Source of the DNA: Erysipelotrichaceae bacterium
GTDB lineage: Bacteria; Bacillota_I; Bacilli_A; Erysipelotrichales; Erysipelotrichaceae
Direction: 5' to 3'
Length of the DNA stretch: 64,000 bases
Assembly: GCA_015058955.1 (NCBI GenBank)
Contig: SVBJ01000004.1
Location: 29,382 to 93,381 of the forward strand
Shown: piece by piece, positions 52,273 to 62,324 of the stretch
Numbering within the stretch: position 1 is the first letter of the stretch
Layout: every line of letters begins with the position of its first letter
The notes under the pieces: generated by a model
The model's input: the letters and a program-made list of their open reading frames with translations, nothing else
Told to the model about the DNA's origin: nothing
Databases searched by the model: none
Made by a program: the position numbers and the translations under genes

Positions 52273-55200
52273 GCGTAAACTGGACCAAAGAACAGCATGA
52301 TGCGATTTACCACAAAGGCCATAACATCCTGGTCTCTGCCGGAGCAGGTTCCGGAAAAACAGCTGTATTAACCGAAAGGGCTTTACAGTATGTTTTAAGC
52401 GGCAGGGACATTGACCATATGCTGATACTGACCTTCACCAATGCGGCAGCAGCCCAGATGAAGGAAAAAATCAGAAAGAAAATAAAGGAATGCACTGAAC
52501 TTGATGGTGAGGCCAAAAAGAAGCAGCTTAACAAGATCGATTCATCCTACATCATGACCTTTGATGCCTATGCCTTATCGCTGGTTAAGAAGTATCACTA
52601 TCTGCTGAATGTCTCCAAGAATGTCAATATCATCGAAGCCAATATGCTGGACATCAGATTCAGCGAATATCTTGATGAGATCATGGCAGAAAAGTATGAA
52701 AACCATGAAGCCAGATTTGAAAAACTGATTGGTGATTTCTGCTCCCGTGATGACCGTACTGTCCGCAAATGGGTGGAAACCATTTATAACAAGCTTCTGT
52801 TAAGAGATGACAGGGAAGAGTATCTAAACAATTATATTGAAAACTATTACAGTGAGGCTTATGCAGACAGTCTTTTCGACCGTTACTCTGAGAGTCTCAT
52901 AGAAGAACTGAAGATCTTGGATGACATGTTCAGCCAGCTGTCCGCTCTGGATACCGGTAACTTTGATGAATACTTCCGGGCTTTTAGGCCGCTGTTGCGG
53001 GCAGCCAGCTATGAGGAGATAAGAAGTAAACTGGAATTTGATATTCCAACCAGAAAGAAATTCTCTGAGGCTGCCAAAAACCTCAGTGAAAGAATAAAGA
53101 AGAAAATCATATCTCTGCGTGATGAACTGATTTATACCGAAAAGGAAGTAAAGGAAAACTATCTTTCTACCAGAGACTACGCTGAAGAACTGATTGACAT
53201 AGTCGGAAAACTGTATGAGAGACTGGATGAATATAAGAACTCCAATGATCTGTATGATTATTCAGATATTTTTGCGATGGCTTTGAAGATCGTTAAGGAG
53301 CACGAAGACATTCGTAAACAGATCAGTGAGTATTTCTTTGAGATAATGATCGATGAGTATCAGGATACCAATGATCTGCAGGACTACTTCATTTCCCTGA
53401 TTGCACATGACAATGTCTATATGGTCGGGGACATCAAACAGTCCATCTACCGTTTCCGCAATGCCAATCCGGACATTTTTCAGCAGAAGTATGCTGAGTA
53501 CAAGACAGAAGCCAGCAGCAATGAAGTCATAGATCTGCTACAGAACTTCCGTTCCAGAACGGAAGTAGTGGATTCCATCAATAAGGTATTTGGCAGACTG
53601 ATGGATAATGAAGTCGGCGGGGCTGACTACAGGAAAGAACATGAAATGCGATTCGGCCAAAAAGAGTATGTCAACGGTAAATCAGATTATGACATGGAAA
53701 TACTGACTTATGCTTATGACAGAAAGAGCTATCCATTCAATACTGATCCCGCCTTCAATAAGGATGAGGTTGAAGCCTTTATCGTTGCTCAGGATATTAA
53801 GAAGAAAATAGCCAATGGCTTTGAAGTATATGACTTCGACCTGAAGAAACTCAGACCGGCGACCTACAGTGATTTCTGCATTCTGATGTCCAAGTCGAAG
53901 AACTTTGACCTGTTTAAAAAGATCCTGACTCATAACCGGATACCGGTCCGCATTGAACAGGACGAGGAGATAAAAGGCAGTGACCTTCTGACTGTCATCA
54001 AGAACATTTTCAGACTGCTTGACGGTTATCAGAAACAGGATAAAGATGTCATCAGATATAACTTCATTTCCGTAGCCCGTTCTTTCCTGATGGAAATGCC
54101 GGACAGTGAAATATATGATGTTGTGACCAATGGCAGGATTGATTCCACGGATCTGATGAAAAAAATCATGTTAATCAGTGAAAACATTGAAGGAAAGACC
54201 ATAACCGATCTGCTGGATGAAATCATTGATCGATTTGAGGTATATGACCGGATGGCCCGTATCGGTGAGCTCAATGACAACCTGGTCAGAGTCAACTATC
54301 TCTATCAGTGGGCTCATAATCTCAACACGCTGGACTACAGTTACATGGAATTTGTAGAATATCTGGATCACATCTTTGATGATGAGAGAAAGCTGCAGGT
54401 AGGCCTGAATAAACCTGACATTGATGCGGTAAAGATCCTGACCATCCATAAGTCAAAAGGGCTGCAGTATCATATCTGTTATTTCCCGCAGCTGGATTCA
54501 CGTTTCAATGACGATGATCTCAACAAGGCTGTAGTCTATGATCCGGAATTCGGTATCATATCACCATGTTTCATTACGGACAGAGGCAGCATGGATACCA
54601 TAGCCAGAAAACTGTATAAAGCCAAATACTACAGCGAAAACAGATCGGAACAGATCCGCCTGTTTTACGTTGCCCTGACCAGAACCATGGAGAAGATCAT
54701 TCTGGTAATGCTGGACAAAGACAATGATTATGGCGAAGAAGGCATCCTGCCGGCCTACATCAGAACCTCCTTCAGCAAGATGGCTGACATGATCAGCTAT
54801 CAGTATGCTGACTATGCCAAAAACAGGAGCTGCATTGATCTGGAAAACTCTGATCTGGGCTTCACCAAGGAATACCGCAGCAACAGCCTTAATGATCTGG
54901 ATGTACTGGCAGATAAGAACCGGGAAAAAATTGAACTTGTTCCTTATGAGATTCCTGAACCGGAAGTGGTAATGCGTTCGCATTATTCCAAGTCGACCGG
55001 TCTGATCACTCCGGAACTGAAGAATACCATGGAGTTTGGTACAGAAATGCACTATTATCTGGAAACTTTGGATTTCCGCAATCCTGATTACAGTCAGATG
55101 AACCGTAAGGCTGCGGACAGAGTCAGAAAGTTCATGGAAAGTGATCTGATGAAGAATGCTGCACAGGGCAAAGCATATAAAGAATATGAATTCATTTATA

Positions 55201-55415
55201 TGGAGAACGGTGAAATGAAGCATGGCTTCATTGACCTGCTGATGGAGTATGATGATCACTTTGACATCATTGACTACAAGCTGAAACATATTGATGATGA
55301 CAACTACTTCCTGCAGTTAAGCGGATACCGAACGTATCTGCAGTCAATCTCAGAGAAGCCGGTAAAGTGCTACCTGTACAGTCTGATTGAGGCAAGATTC
55401 AGGGAAGTTGAATGA
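52269..55415 (+). CDS. addA: ATP-dependent helicase/nuclease subunit A (AddA/RexA, UvrD-like)
   Basis: GAGSGKTAVLTER, MIDEYQDTN, VGDIKQSIYRFR. C-terminal nuclease GFIDLLMEY…IIDYKLK. Confidence 0.9.
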   Translation: MSVNWTKEQHDAIYHKGHNILVSAGAGSGKTAVLTERALQYVLSGRDIDHMLILTFTNAAAAQMKEKIRKKIKECTELDGEAKKKQLNKIDSSYIMTFDAYALSLVKKYHYLLNVSKNVNIIEANMLDIRFSEYLDEIMAEKYENHEARFEKLIGDFCSRDDRTVRKWVETIYNKLLLRDDREEYLNNYIENYYSEAYADSLFDRYSESLIEELKILDDMFSQLSALDTGNFDEYFRAFRPLLRAASYEEIRSKLEFDIPTRKKFSEAAKNLSERIKKKIISLRDELIYTEKEVKENYLSTRDYAEELIDIVGKLYERLDEYKNSNDLYDYSDIFAMALKIVKEHEDIRKQISEYFFEIMIDEYQDTNDLQDYFISLIAHDNVYMVGDIKQSIYRFRNANPDIFQQKYAEYKTEASSNEVIDLLQNFRSRTEVVDSINKVFGRLMDNEVGGADYRKEHEMRFGQKEYVNGKSDYDMEILTYAYDRKSYPFNTDPAFNKDEVEAFIVAQDIKKKIANGFEVYDFDLKKLRPATYSDFCILMSKSKNFDLFKKILTHNRIPVRIEQDEEIKGSDLLTVIKNIFRLLDGYQKQDKDVIRYNFISVARSFLMEMPDSEIYDVVTNGRIDSTDLMKKIMLISENIEGKTITDLLDEIIDRFEVYDRMARIGELNDNLVRVNYLYQWAHNLNTLDYSYMEFVEYLDHIFDDERKLQVGLNKPDIDAVKILTIHKSKGLQYHICYFPQLDSRFNDDDLNKAVVYDPEFGIISPCFITDRGSMDTIARKLYKAKYYSENRSEQIRLFYVALTRTMEKIILVMLDKDNDYGEEGILPAYIRTSFSKMADMISYQYADYAKNRSCIDLENSDLGFTKEYRSNSLNDLDVLADKNREKIELVPYEIPEPEVVMRSHYSKSTGLITPELKNTMEFGTEMHYYLETLDFRNPDYSQMNRKAADRVRKFMESDLMKNAAQGKAYKEYEFIYMENGEMKHGFIDLLMEYDDHFDIIDYKLKHIDDDNYFLQLSGYRTYLQSISEKPVKCYLYSLIEARFREVE

Positions 55416-55426
55416 TAAACAGAAAC

Positions 55427-55448
55427 AGGGACCGTGAGGTCCCTTTCT
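55427..55448 (+). terminator. Intrinsic terminator after addA
   Basis: agggacc-gtga-ggtccct followed by ttct. Confidence 0.6.
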
Positions 55449-55494
55449 GGTGTCTGTACATAAAAAGAATTCTTTCACAATATAGGCTATGACT

Positions 55495-55523
55495 TTGTAA
55501 AGCGCTTACATGTGCTATATAAT
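55495..55523 (+). promoter_or_regulatory. Candidate sigma-A promoter
   Basis: TTGTAA (55495-55500), 17-nt spacer, TATAAT (55518-55523). Confidence 0.4.
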
Positions 55524-55578
55524 TAAAGTGTATGATAATAAAATCACAATTAAATAATAATATGAGGAGGATGATTTT

Positions 55579-56694
55579 ATGGAAACCAGACCATATGTTC
55601 CATGGGAAATGATCGGCAATTTCATGACAGATGTCTTCAAGGCTTACGGTGTACCTGAAGAAGATGCCAAGATCTGCGCTGATGTTCTGATGGAATCTGA
55701 CAGAAGAGGAATCGAATCTCACGGCTGCAACCGTTTCAAGCCAATCTACATTGACAGAATAGTCAAGGGAACTCTGCTTCCGGTTACCAAGCTGGAGATC
55801 GTTAAAGAAACACCTACTACTGTAGTCATGGATGCTCATGACGGCATGGGCATGGTCGCAGCTCACGCCATGATGGAAAAACTGATCAAGAAAGCCAAGG
55901 AATGCGGAATGGCCGGTGGCGCCATCAAAAACTCAACACACTATGGCATTGCCGGGTACTGGAGTGACATGGCGGCCAAGGAAGGTCTGATCGGTATTAC
56001 CGGTACCAATGCCAGACCTTCAATCGCACCTACCTTCGGTGTGGAAAACATGCTGGGTACCAACCCGCTGACTTTCTCTTTGCCGACAGATGAGGAATTC
56101 CCGTTCACCCTGGACTGTGCAACATCAATTGTGCAGCGTGGCAAGATCGAATTCTATGCCCGTAGCGGTAAGGAGACCCCGGCTGGAATGGTCGTAACTC
56201 ATGACGGCCAGTCAATCACAGATTCCCGGGCAATCCTCAAGATGCTCAGTAACGGCACAGCTGCCTTAGCTCCTTTAGGTGGGGGCCCTGGTGATGAAAT
56301 GTGCGGCTATAAGGGATATGGCTATGCTACCGTAGTTGAAATACTGTCAGCTGCCTTAGCCGGCGGTGAGTTCATGAAATCCCTGAGCGGTGTTTCACCG
56401 GAAGGCAATCCTCAGATGTATCATCTTGGACACTTCTTCTTTGTGGTTGACCCTGAAGCCTTCATGGGCATTGAAACTTTCAGAAAGACTGCGGGTGAGA
56501 TCTGCCGTCAGTTAAGAGCTTCCACAAAAGCTCCTGGCTATGACAGGATCTATACTGCCGGGGAAAAGGAATACCTGGTATGGCAGGAAAGAAAAGACAA
56601 GGGTGTTCCGGTAAACGAAGCCGTACAGAAGGAACTGGTTGGCTTAAGAGACAAGCTGGGCTTACCTTACGTATTCCCGTTTGAGGAGAAATAA
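55579..56694 (+). CDS. Ldh_2 family (malate/L-lactate/ureidoglycolate-type) NAD(P)H oxidoreductase
   Basis: 371 aa with ESHGCNRF and GYKGYGYATVVEILSAAL motifs. Confidence 0.82.
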   Translation: METRPYVPWEMIGNFMTDVFKAYGVPEEDAKICADVLMESDRRGIESHGCNRFKPIYIDRIVKGTLLPVTKLEIVKETPTTVVMDAHDGMGMVAAHAMMEKLIKKAKECGMAGGAIKNSTHYGIAGYWSDMAAKEGLIGITGTNARPSIAPTFGVENMLGTNPLTFSLPTDEEFPFTLDCATSIVQRGKIEFYARSGKETPAGMVVTHDGQSITDSRAILKMLSNGTAALAPLGGGPGDEMCGYKGYGYATVVEILSAALAGGEFMKSLSGVSPEGNPQMYHLGHFFFVVDPEAFMGIETFRKTAGEICRQLRASTKAPGYDRIYTAGEKEYLVWQERKDKGVPVNEAVQKELVGLRDKLGLPYVFPFEEK

Positions 56695-56696
56695 AC

Positions 56697-57869
56697 ATGG
56701 ATGTAATGCAGAAATCTCTACACCGGCACGAAGAGTGGAAGGGAAAGATTGAAGTTGTTTCCCGTGTGCCGGTTGGCTCCAAGGAAGACCTTACCGTAGC
56801 CTATACTCCAGGTGTTGCTCAGCCATGTCTGGAAATTCAGAAAGACATCGATAAGAGCTATGAACTGACCAGAAGACATAATCTGTGTGCCGTCATCACT
56901 GATGGAACGGCTGTGCTGGGACTTGGTGATATCGGTCCGGAAGCTGGCATGCCGGTAATGGAAGGCAAATGCGTGCTGTTCAAGTCATTCGGCAATGTTG
57001 ATGCTTTCCCGATCTGCATCAAATCAAAGGATGTTGAGACCATCGTCAATACCGTATATCTGATCTCCGGATCATTCGGCGGAATTAACCTGGAAGACAT
57101 CTCTTCACCGAGATGCTTTGAAATTGAAAGAAAGCTGAAGGAAAAGTGTGACATCCCTATTTTCCATGATGACCAACACGGTACTGCCATCATTACGTTA
57201 GCCGGCTTAACCAATGCCTTGAAGGTTGTTGGCAAGAAAAAGGAAGACGTCAAGATCGTTACCTCCGGTGCGGGAGCAGCCGGTATCTCCATTGTGAAGC
57301 TGTTATTATCAGCCGGATTTAAGAATATCGTCATGACCGACCGTAAGGGCGCAATTTATGAAGGAAGAGAAGGGCTGAACTGGATCAAGGAAGAGATGGC
57401 TCAGGTCACCAATCTGAATAAAGAAGCCGGACCTCTTAAGGAAGTCATCAAGGGTGCCGATGTCTTCATCGGTGTAAGTGCTCCTGGTACCATCAACGGT
57501 GAGATGGTTAAGACCATGAACCGTGATCCGATCATCTTTGCCTGTGCCAACCCAATGCCTGAGATCTCCTATGAAGAAGCCAAGGAAGCCGGTGCCAAGG
57601 TCGTAGCGACCGGACGCAGTGACTATCCTAACCAGGTCAATAACGTCCTGGCCTTCCCGGGAGTATTCCGCGGAACCTTCGACTGCCGCGCCAGTGACAT
57701 TAACGAGGAAATGAAGATGGCTGCTGCCAAGGCATTGTCTTCACTGGTAAGTGATGAAGAGCTTAACGAAGACTACATCCTGCCAAAGGCCTTTGATCCA
57801 AGAGTCGGCAAGACTGTGGCGGCTGCGGTTGCTGAAGCTGCCCGTAAAAGCGGGGTTGCCCGTATCTGA
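56697..57869 (+). CDS. NAD(P)-dependent malic enzyme (short form)
   Basis: GKIEVVSRVPV…DLTVAYTPGVAQPC, FHDDQHGTAI, GAGAAGISI. Confidence 0.92.
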   Translation: MDVMQKSLHRHEEWKGKIEVVSRVPVGSKEDLTVAYTPGVAQPCLEIQKDIDKSYELTRRHNLCAVITDGTAVLGLGDIGPEAGMPVMEGKCVLFKSFGNVDAFPICIKSKDVETIVNTVYLISGSFGGINLEDISSPRCFEIERKLKEKCDIPIFHDDQHGTAIITLAGLTNALKVVGKKKEDVKIVTSGAGAAGISIVKLLLSAGFKNIVMTDRKGAIYEGREGLNWIKEEMAQVTNLNKEAGPLKEVIKGADVFIGVSAPGTINGEMVKTMNRDPIIFACANPMPEISYEEAKEAGAKVVATGRSDYPNQVNNVLAFPGVFRGTFDCRASDINEEMKMAAAKALSSLVSDEELNEDYILPKAFDPRVGKTVAAAVAEAARKSGVARI

Positions 57870-57879
57870 TAAACTACAG

Positions 57880-57903
57880 AAGCTGTCTTATGACAGCTTT
57901 TTC
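57880..57903 (+). terminator. Intrinsic terminator
   Basis: aagctgtc-ttat-gacagctt followed by tttt. Confidence 0.7.
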
Positions 57904-57975
57904 TTTCCCCACGGACTGTAGGGATACTTTTGGGGTCTGTTGTTTTATAATGAAAACGAAAGGAGAACAGATGCC

Positions 57976-58731
57976 ATGGATAATAACAGAATAGGCAGAT
58001 TCCTGTCTGAACTCCGTAAGGAAAATAACATGACCCAACAGGAACTGGCAGACAGGCTTAATGTCACTGACAGAGCTGTGGGAAACTGGGAAAACGGGCG
58101 CCGCATGCCAGACTACAGTGTATTATTGGAACTGTGCCGGCGGTTGAATGTTTCAGTTAATGAACTGCTGGCCGGGGAACGTATTACACCTGAAAAAAAG
58201 GAAGAAAAGTTTGAAGAAAACATCCGTGAGATCATAACGGTGAACCGCAACGAAAAGAAAAAACACCGTCTGATAGTAGGTGTTATGAGTGTGATAATAC
58301 TGGTAATGTTCATCCTGACTGTAAGATTTGCGCTTATCAGAAACAGCATTATCATGGATCCGGATCTTAAATATGAAAGAAGGCTTTCCGAAGAAACACG
58401 TTACTTCCAATATGAACAGCTGGAAAAGATCAGTTTTGATTATGAAATGGGAGTAAATAAATTCGGAACTGTAGTATTCAGGTATCCCGATAAGGCATTG
58501 GAAAGACTCAAGGCGGACTGCAGTGAGGGAATTGAGGCTGTCAGAAAGGCATTTGATCTACCAGAACTGACAAACCGCAGTTTCAGGCTTTACAAAACCT
58601 ATGGCTGGCAGCTGGTTGATGCCGATGCAGAAGCACCGCCGCAGCTGCTTGAACAGGGCAGACTGATTTCCAGGGTCCTGGACATATACGAAAACTCCTT
58701 TTATGATAACTTCCGGCTGCGTAACAGCTAA
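57976..58731 (+). CDS. Membrane-tethered XRE-family HTH regulator
   Basis: MTQQELADRLNVTDRAVGNWENGRRMP HTH, one TM (LIVGVMSVIILVMFILTVRFALI), and a ~130-aa extracytoplasmic domain. AAAGGAGA lies 9 nt upstream of the ATG at 57976. Confidence 0.8.
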   Translation: MDNNRIGRFLSELRKENNMTQQELADRLNVTDRAVGNWENGRRMPDYSVLLELCRRLNVSVNELLAGERITPEKKEEKFEENIREIITVNRNEKKKHRLIVGVMSVIILVMFILTVRFALIRNSIIMDPDLKYERRLSEETRYFQYEQLEKISFDYEMGVNKFGTVVFRYPDKALERLKADCSEGIEAVRKAFDLPELTNRSFRLYKTYGWQLVDADAEAPPQLLEQGRLISRVLDIYENSFYDNFRLRNS

Positions 58732-58742
58732 AAAAACATCAG

Positions 58743-58775
58743 AAACTGTCGTTAGAAATAATGCGACAGTTTTTA
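58743..58775 (+). terminator. Intrinsic terminator after the XRE gene
   Basis: aaactgtcg … cgacagttt (9 bp, 12-nt loop) followed by ttt. Confidence 0.55.
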
Positions 58776-58797
58776 TATTCGCAAAAGAAACAGGAAA

Positions 58798-58814
58798 GAA
58801 AAACAGCTGTTTTC
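58798..58814. promoter_or_regulatory. Operator-like palindrome 1 (aAAAAC-agct-GTTTTC)
   Basis: aaaacagctgtttt is a perfect 14-bp palindrome (58800-58813). Confidence 0.45.
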
Positions 58815-58836
58815 AGATCAAACACCGGCCGGAGTG

Positions 58837-58865
58837 TTGAAAACAACAGTTTTCTGTCCTATAAT
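58837..58865 (+). promoter_or_regulatory. Near-consensus sigma-A promoter overlapped by operator-like palindrome 2 (GAAAAC-aaca-GTTTTC, 58839-58854)
   Basis: TTGAAA (58837-58842), exactly 17-nt spacer, TATAAT (58860-58865). The palindrome covers the -35 element and the spacer. Confidence 0.6.
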
Positions 58866-58904
58866 GAAGTTTACTGTAAAAATGGAGGTATAGGGGGTAC
58901 GTAA

Positions 58905-59741
58905 ATGGCTATATACGAAATTTTACAAGACAAGGCCGACCAAAATGTTTCTTTTAAGGGATTTTTTAACGGTTCCCTGGATAATTACATTAACAGCAGC
59001 TTTAATAAGCATGAGGAATTCAATACTTTATTTGAAGAACTGTTAGGCATTGAACCTGAACTTCAGGTCTGTGCACAGTTACCTGTCAGAATCAGCGTCA
59101 AGGCTATTTCCAATCAGATCATCCGTTATAAGGATGCCTTCAAGCTGCCGGAAAATGCCATTGTGGTTCCGCTGATTTTATACTGGCATCAGAACGAACA
59201 GGACAAGGCCATCATGTTTGACACAAACAACTACATTGAGGCCAAGGGACTGTATTACTGTCTGACTGAACCTGATCTGGAATTCGGCCAGTGCCGTAAT
59301 GAGATCCTGACCATGTGTCTGAAGGAAGAATTTACCGCAGACATAAAGAATGCCTTTGAGAATCTGCATTCAGGTCAGAAGGCAGCTGGTGCCATTCAGC
59401 GTTCATTAGACCGCAAATACATCAACAACGTTGATGACATGAAGGAAAAGGCCGTAGTCCTGGCTAAGGAGATCTTCGATAAGTCCAGTGAAGAATTACT
59501 GAATAGGGAAGACAGAGGACCGCTGATCAATGAAACGATCGCCCGCATATTCCTGATCAAGAAGGCACTGTATGTACAGTACATGATGTCCAAGGATCTG
59601 CTGACCAACCGTCATGAAGGCGATGTCAAGAAACAGAGACAGTTTGCCAAGGCTTACAGCGATGAAGTACCTATCGTATCACTGTCATCACTGTGGCGTC
59701 TGACCAGAGAGAATAAGGAAGAACAGAAAGAATCACTGTAA
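58905..59741 (+). CDS. Hypothetical protein (278 aa), no family recognised
   Basis: Clean ORF with GGGGG 7 nt upstream, its own promoter and its own terminator. Confidence 0.6.
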   Translation: MAIYEILQDKADQNVSFKGFFNGSLDNYINSSFNKHEEFNTLFEELLGIEPELQVCAQLPVRISVKAISNQIIRYKDAFKLPENAIVVPLILYWHQNEQDKAIMFDTNNYIEAKGLYYCLTEPDLEFGQCRNEILTMCLKEEFTADIKNAFENLHSGQKAAGAIQRSLDRKYINNVDDMKEKAVVLAKEIFDKSSEELLNREDRGPLINETIARIFLIKKALYVQYMMSKDLLTNRHEGDVKKQRQFAKAYSDEVPIVSLSSLWRLTRENKEEQKESL

Positions 59742-59757
59742 AACACAGTGATTTTTT
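59731..59757 (+). terminator. Intrinsic terminator (overlaps the stop codon)
   Basis: aatcactgt-aaaac-acagtgatt followed by tttt. Confidence 0.65.
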
Positions 59758-59813
59758 CTTGTGGTGAGTGATATCGTGTTAAAATAAACTTGATAATATT
59801 TGAGGATGTGCCT

Positions 59814-62294
59814 ATGAAAAAGGAAATCAGATACAGTAACGGAACATACTATAACGGTGAAGTGAACACGCAGGGAAATCCTGATGGATATGGAGACATC
59901 TCTTTTTCCAATGGGGACACCTATACCGGTGAATTTGTCAATAACACTCTGACCGGCAAGGGAGAATACAGGTATAATAACGGAAACATCTACAGGGGGG
60001 ACATGAGAAATGCCAGCCGTCATGGCAAGGGAATCATGAAATGGGCAGATGGCACTTGGTTCGAAGGTGAATTCGTGAGTGATTACATTGACGGCTATGG
60101 AACCATGCATTTCAACGACGGTGTTGTCTTTGAGGGAACCATGTCACAGAAGGATGATAAGGAAAACGGAACCTATACTTATCCCGATGGCCGTACTGTT
60201 TCCGGTACATTTGCCAACGGTGAAAGAAACGGATACATTGTCTTAACCTGGCCGGATGGTTCTTCCTGTGAAGGTTACTGGTATGATGGAATTTTCAGCG
60301 GAACAGGAAAGATCATTTATCCGGATGGATTTGTGTATGAAGGACCATTTGATCCGGTTAATGGCTACAGCCGTGAGGGAAACGGAGTTCTGAAGGACCC
60401 TGAAGGAACCCGTTTTGAAGGTCCATTCAGAAATCATTTAAAGGAAGGAGTCTTTACGATCACCTATCTTGACGGGGTGGTTGAGATCCGGGAGTTCCAT
60501 AATAATGAAAAAGTAAAGGTTTATTCCTGCAAAGATGCCTATGGCAATGATGTGAAGGAAAACGATGCCTATCAGCAGCTGAAGGAAAGCATTGTTCAGG
60601 AAGAGATCAAGGCTGATCCTGAAAAGTTCCTTACCGTTAATAATGAAGAAAATGAAGGTTATGCCGATGAACTGAAGCCGTATTTCAAAGGATTAATAGG
60701 CATGGACAGTGTCAAGCAGCAGCTTGACAGGATATATAAGAGATTCAAGATCGATGCCATGAGACGGAAACTGCTGTCAATGGATTCAGGAAAGCAGGGC
60801 TATTATTTCATCGTGACCGGTAATCCAGGAACAGGAAAGACTACCGTTGCCCGCATCATCGGAATGATGCTGCATGATGTCGGCATCCTGCCGAATGAAA
60901 CATTCGTGGAAGTTGACCGTTCCGGTCTGGTTGGCGAATACATCGGCCAGACGGAAAAGAAGACGGCAGCAGTCATTGAATCAGCCCGCGGAGGAACACT
61001 GTTCATTGATGAGGCTTATACCTTATACCGTAAGGATTCAGCCAATGATTTCGGTAAGGAAGCAATCGATACCTTATTGAAGGACATGGAAGATCACCGT
61101 GGGGAATACTGTGTCATCATGGCCGGTTACAGTGATCAGATGAATGACATGATCAGAAATGCCAATCCGGGTCTGTCATCACGTTTTGACCACAAGATCA
61201 ACATCCCTGACTACAGTGAAGATGAACTGGTTGACATTCTGGTTTCCATGGCTCTGAAGAAGAACTTCTTCATCCGCAAGGAGGCCCGTAATGTCATAGC
61301 TTCCAAGATTGAGAAGGAAAAGATCGATGATACCTTTGACAATGCCCGTTATGCCAGAAGACTGCTGGATGAAGCAGTTGAAAGACAGGCCTTAAGACTG
61401 GCTGAGAATTTTGACGGGGTTGATGTCAGTGAACTGCAGATCCTGGAAGCAGAAGACTTCGGCCAGCTGGAAACCGTGGGCTCTGATCTGGATAAGTGTC
61501 TGCAACAGCTCAACAGTCTGATCGGACTGTCAACGGTTAAAAAAGAGATCAGTAACATTACCGCCGGGGTAAGAATTCAGACGGAAAGCCGCAAGCGCGG
61601 TCTGGCCATTGCCGGTGACATACAGCCGGTAAACATGGTATTTACCGGCAATCCGGGAACAGGCAAGACCACGGTAGCCAGACTGGTCGGCAAAATCTAT
61701 TATCATCTGGGCCTGTTAAAAAGACCGGATGTGTTTGTCGAATGTACCAGAGCTGATCTGGTGGGACGCTATCAGGGTGAAACGGCTCTGAAGGTCAAGG
61801 AAGTAGTCAGAAATGCCTTGGGCGGAGTACTGTTCATTGATGAAGCCTACTCACTGGTAATGAATGAGAATGACTCTTTCGGTCTGGAAGCCGTCAATAC
61901 TCTGGTTTCCGAGATGGAAAACAACCGTGACAAACTGGCAGTGATACTGGCCGGTTATACCGAAGACATGCAGAAGTTCCTCGACAGTAATCCGGGATTA
62001 AGAAGCAGACTGTCCCGTGTCATTGAGTTTGAAGACTATACCGTTGAGGAAATGGTCCGCATCTTCCAGATGGACATGAAGAAGAGAGGATACAATCTGG
62101 CAGCAAGCAAAGAAAAACTCACCGATCTGATCAGCCGCAAATCCCTTGCCAGGGATTTCGGCAATGCCAGAGGGGTGAGAAATCTGTGTGACCGGGTTAT
62201 CAGCCGTCATAATACTCTGCTGTTTGACAGGGATGTGTCAGAGCTGACCAATGAAGTCATAACCACTGTTACTGACAGTGATCTGGAAATATGA
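59814..62294 (+). CDS. MORN-repeat protein fused to two tandem CbxX/SpoVK-type AAA+ ATPase modules
   Basis: About 9 MORN repeats (YxGExxxGxxxGxG pattern, aa 5-225). Two modules, each with GNPGTGKTTVAR (Walker A) and LFIDEAY (Walker B). Start at the ATG at 59814, 7 nt after GAGGA. Confidence 0.85.
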   Translation: MKKEIRYSNGTYYNGEVNTQGNPDGYGDISFSNGDTYTGEFVNNTLTGKGEYRYNNGNIYRGDMRNASRHGKGIMKWADGTWFEGEFVSDYIDGYGTMHFNDGVVFEGTMSQKDDKENGTYTYPDGRTVSGTFANGERNGYIVLTWPDGSSCEGYWYDGIFSGTGKIIYPDGFVYEGPFDPVNGYSREGNGVLKDPEGTRFEGPFRNHLKEGVFTITYLDGVVEIREFHNNEKVKVYSCKDAYGNDVKENDAYQQLKESIVQEEIKADPEKFLTVNNEENEGYADELKPYFKGLIGMDSVKQQLDRIYKRFKIDAMRRKLLSMDSGKQGYYFIVTGNPGTGKTTVARIIGMMLHDVGILPNETFVEVDRSGLVGEYIGQTEKKTAAVIESARGGTLFIDEAYTLYRKDSANDFGKEAIDTLLKDMEDHRGEYCVIMAGYSDQMNDMIRNANPGLSSRFDHKINIPDYSEDELVDILVSMALKKNFFIRKEARNVIASKIEKEKIDDTFDNARYARRLLDEAVERQALRLAENFDGVDVSELQILEAEDFGQLETVGSDLDKCLQQLNSLIGLSTVKKEISNITAGVRIQTESRKRGLAIAGDIQPVNMVFTGNPGTGKTTVARLVGKIYYHLGLLKRPDVFVECTRADLVGRYQGETALKVKEVVRNALGGVLFIDEAYSLVMNENDSFGLEAVNTLVSEMENNRDKLAVILAGYTEDMQKFLDSNPGLRSRLSRVIEFEDYTVEEMVRIFQMDMKKRGYNLAASKEKLTDLISRKSLARDFGNARGVRNLCDRVISRHNTLLFDRDVSELTNEVITTVTDSDLEI

Positions 62295-62298
62295 AAAA

Positions 62299-62319
62299 AG
62301 CCGGGATTGATTCCCGGCT
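62299..62319. terminator. Bidirectional intrinsic terminator
   Basis: agccggga-ttgat-tcccggct flanked by A6 and T3. Confidence 0.75.
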
Positions 62320-62324
62320 TTCGC

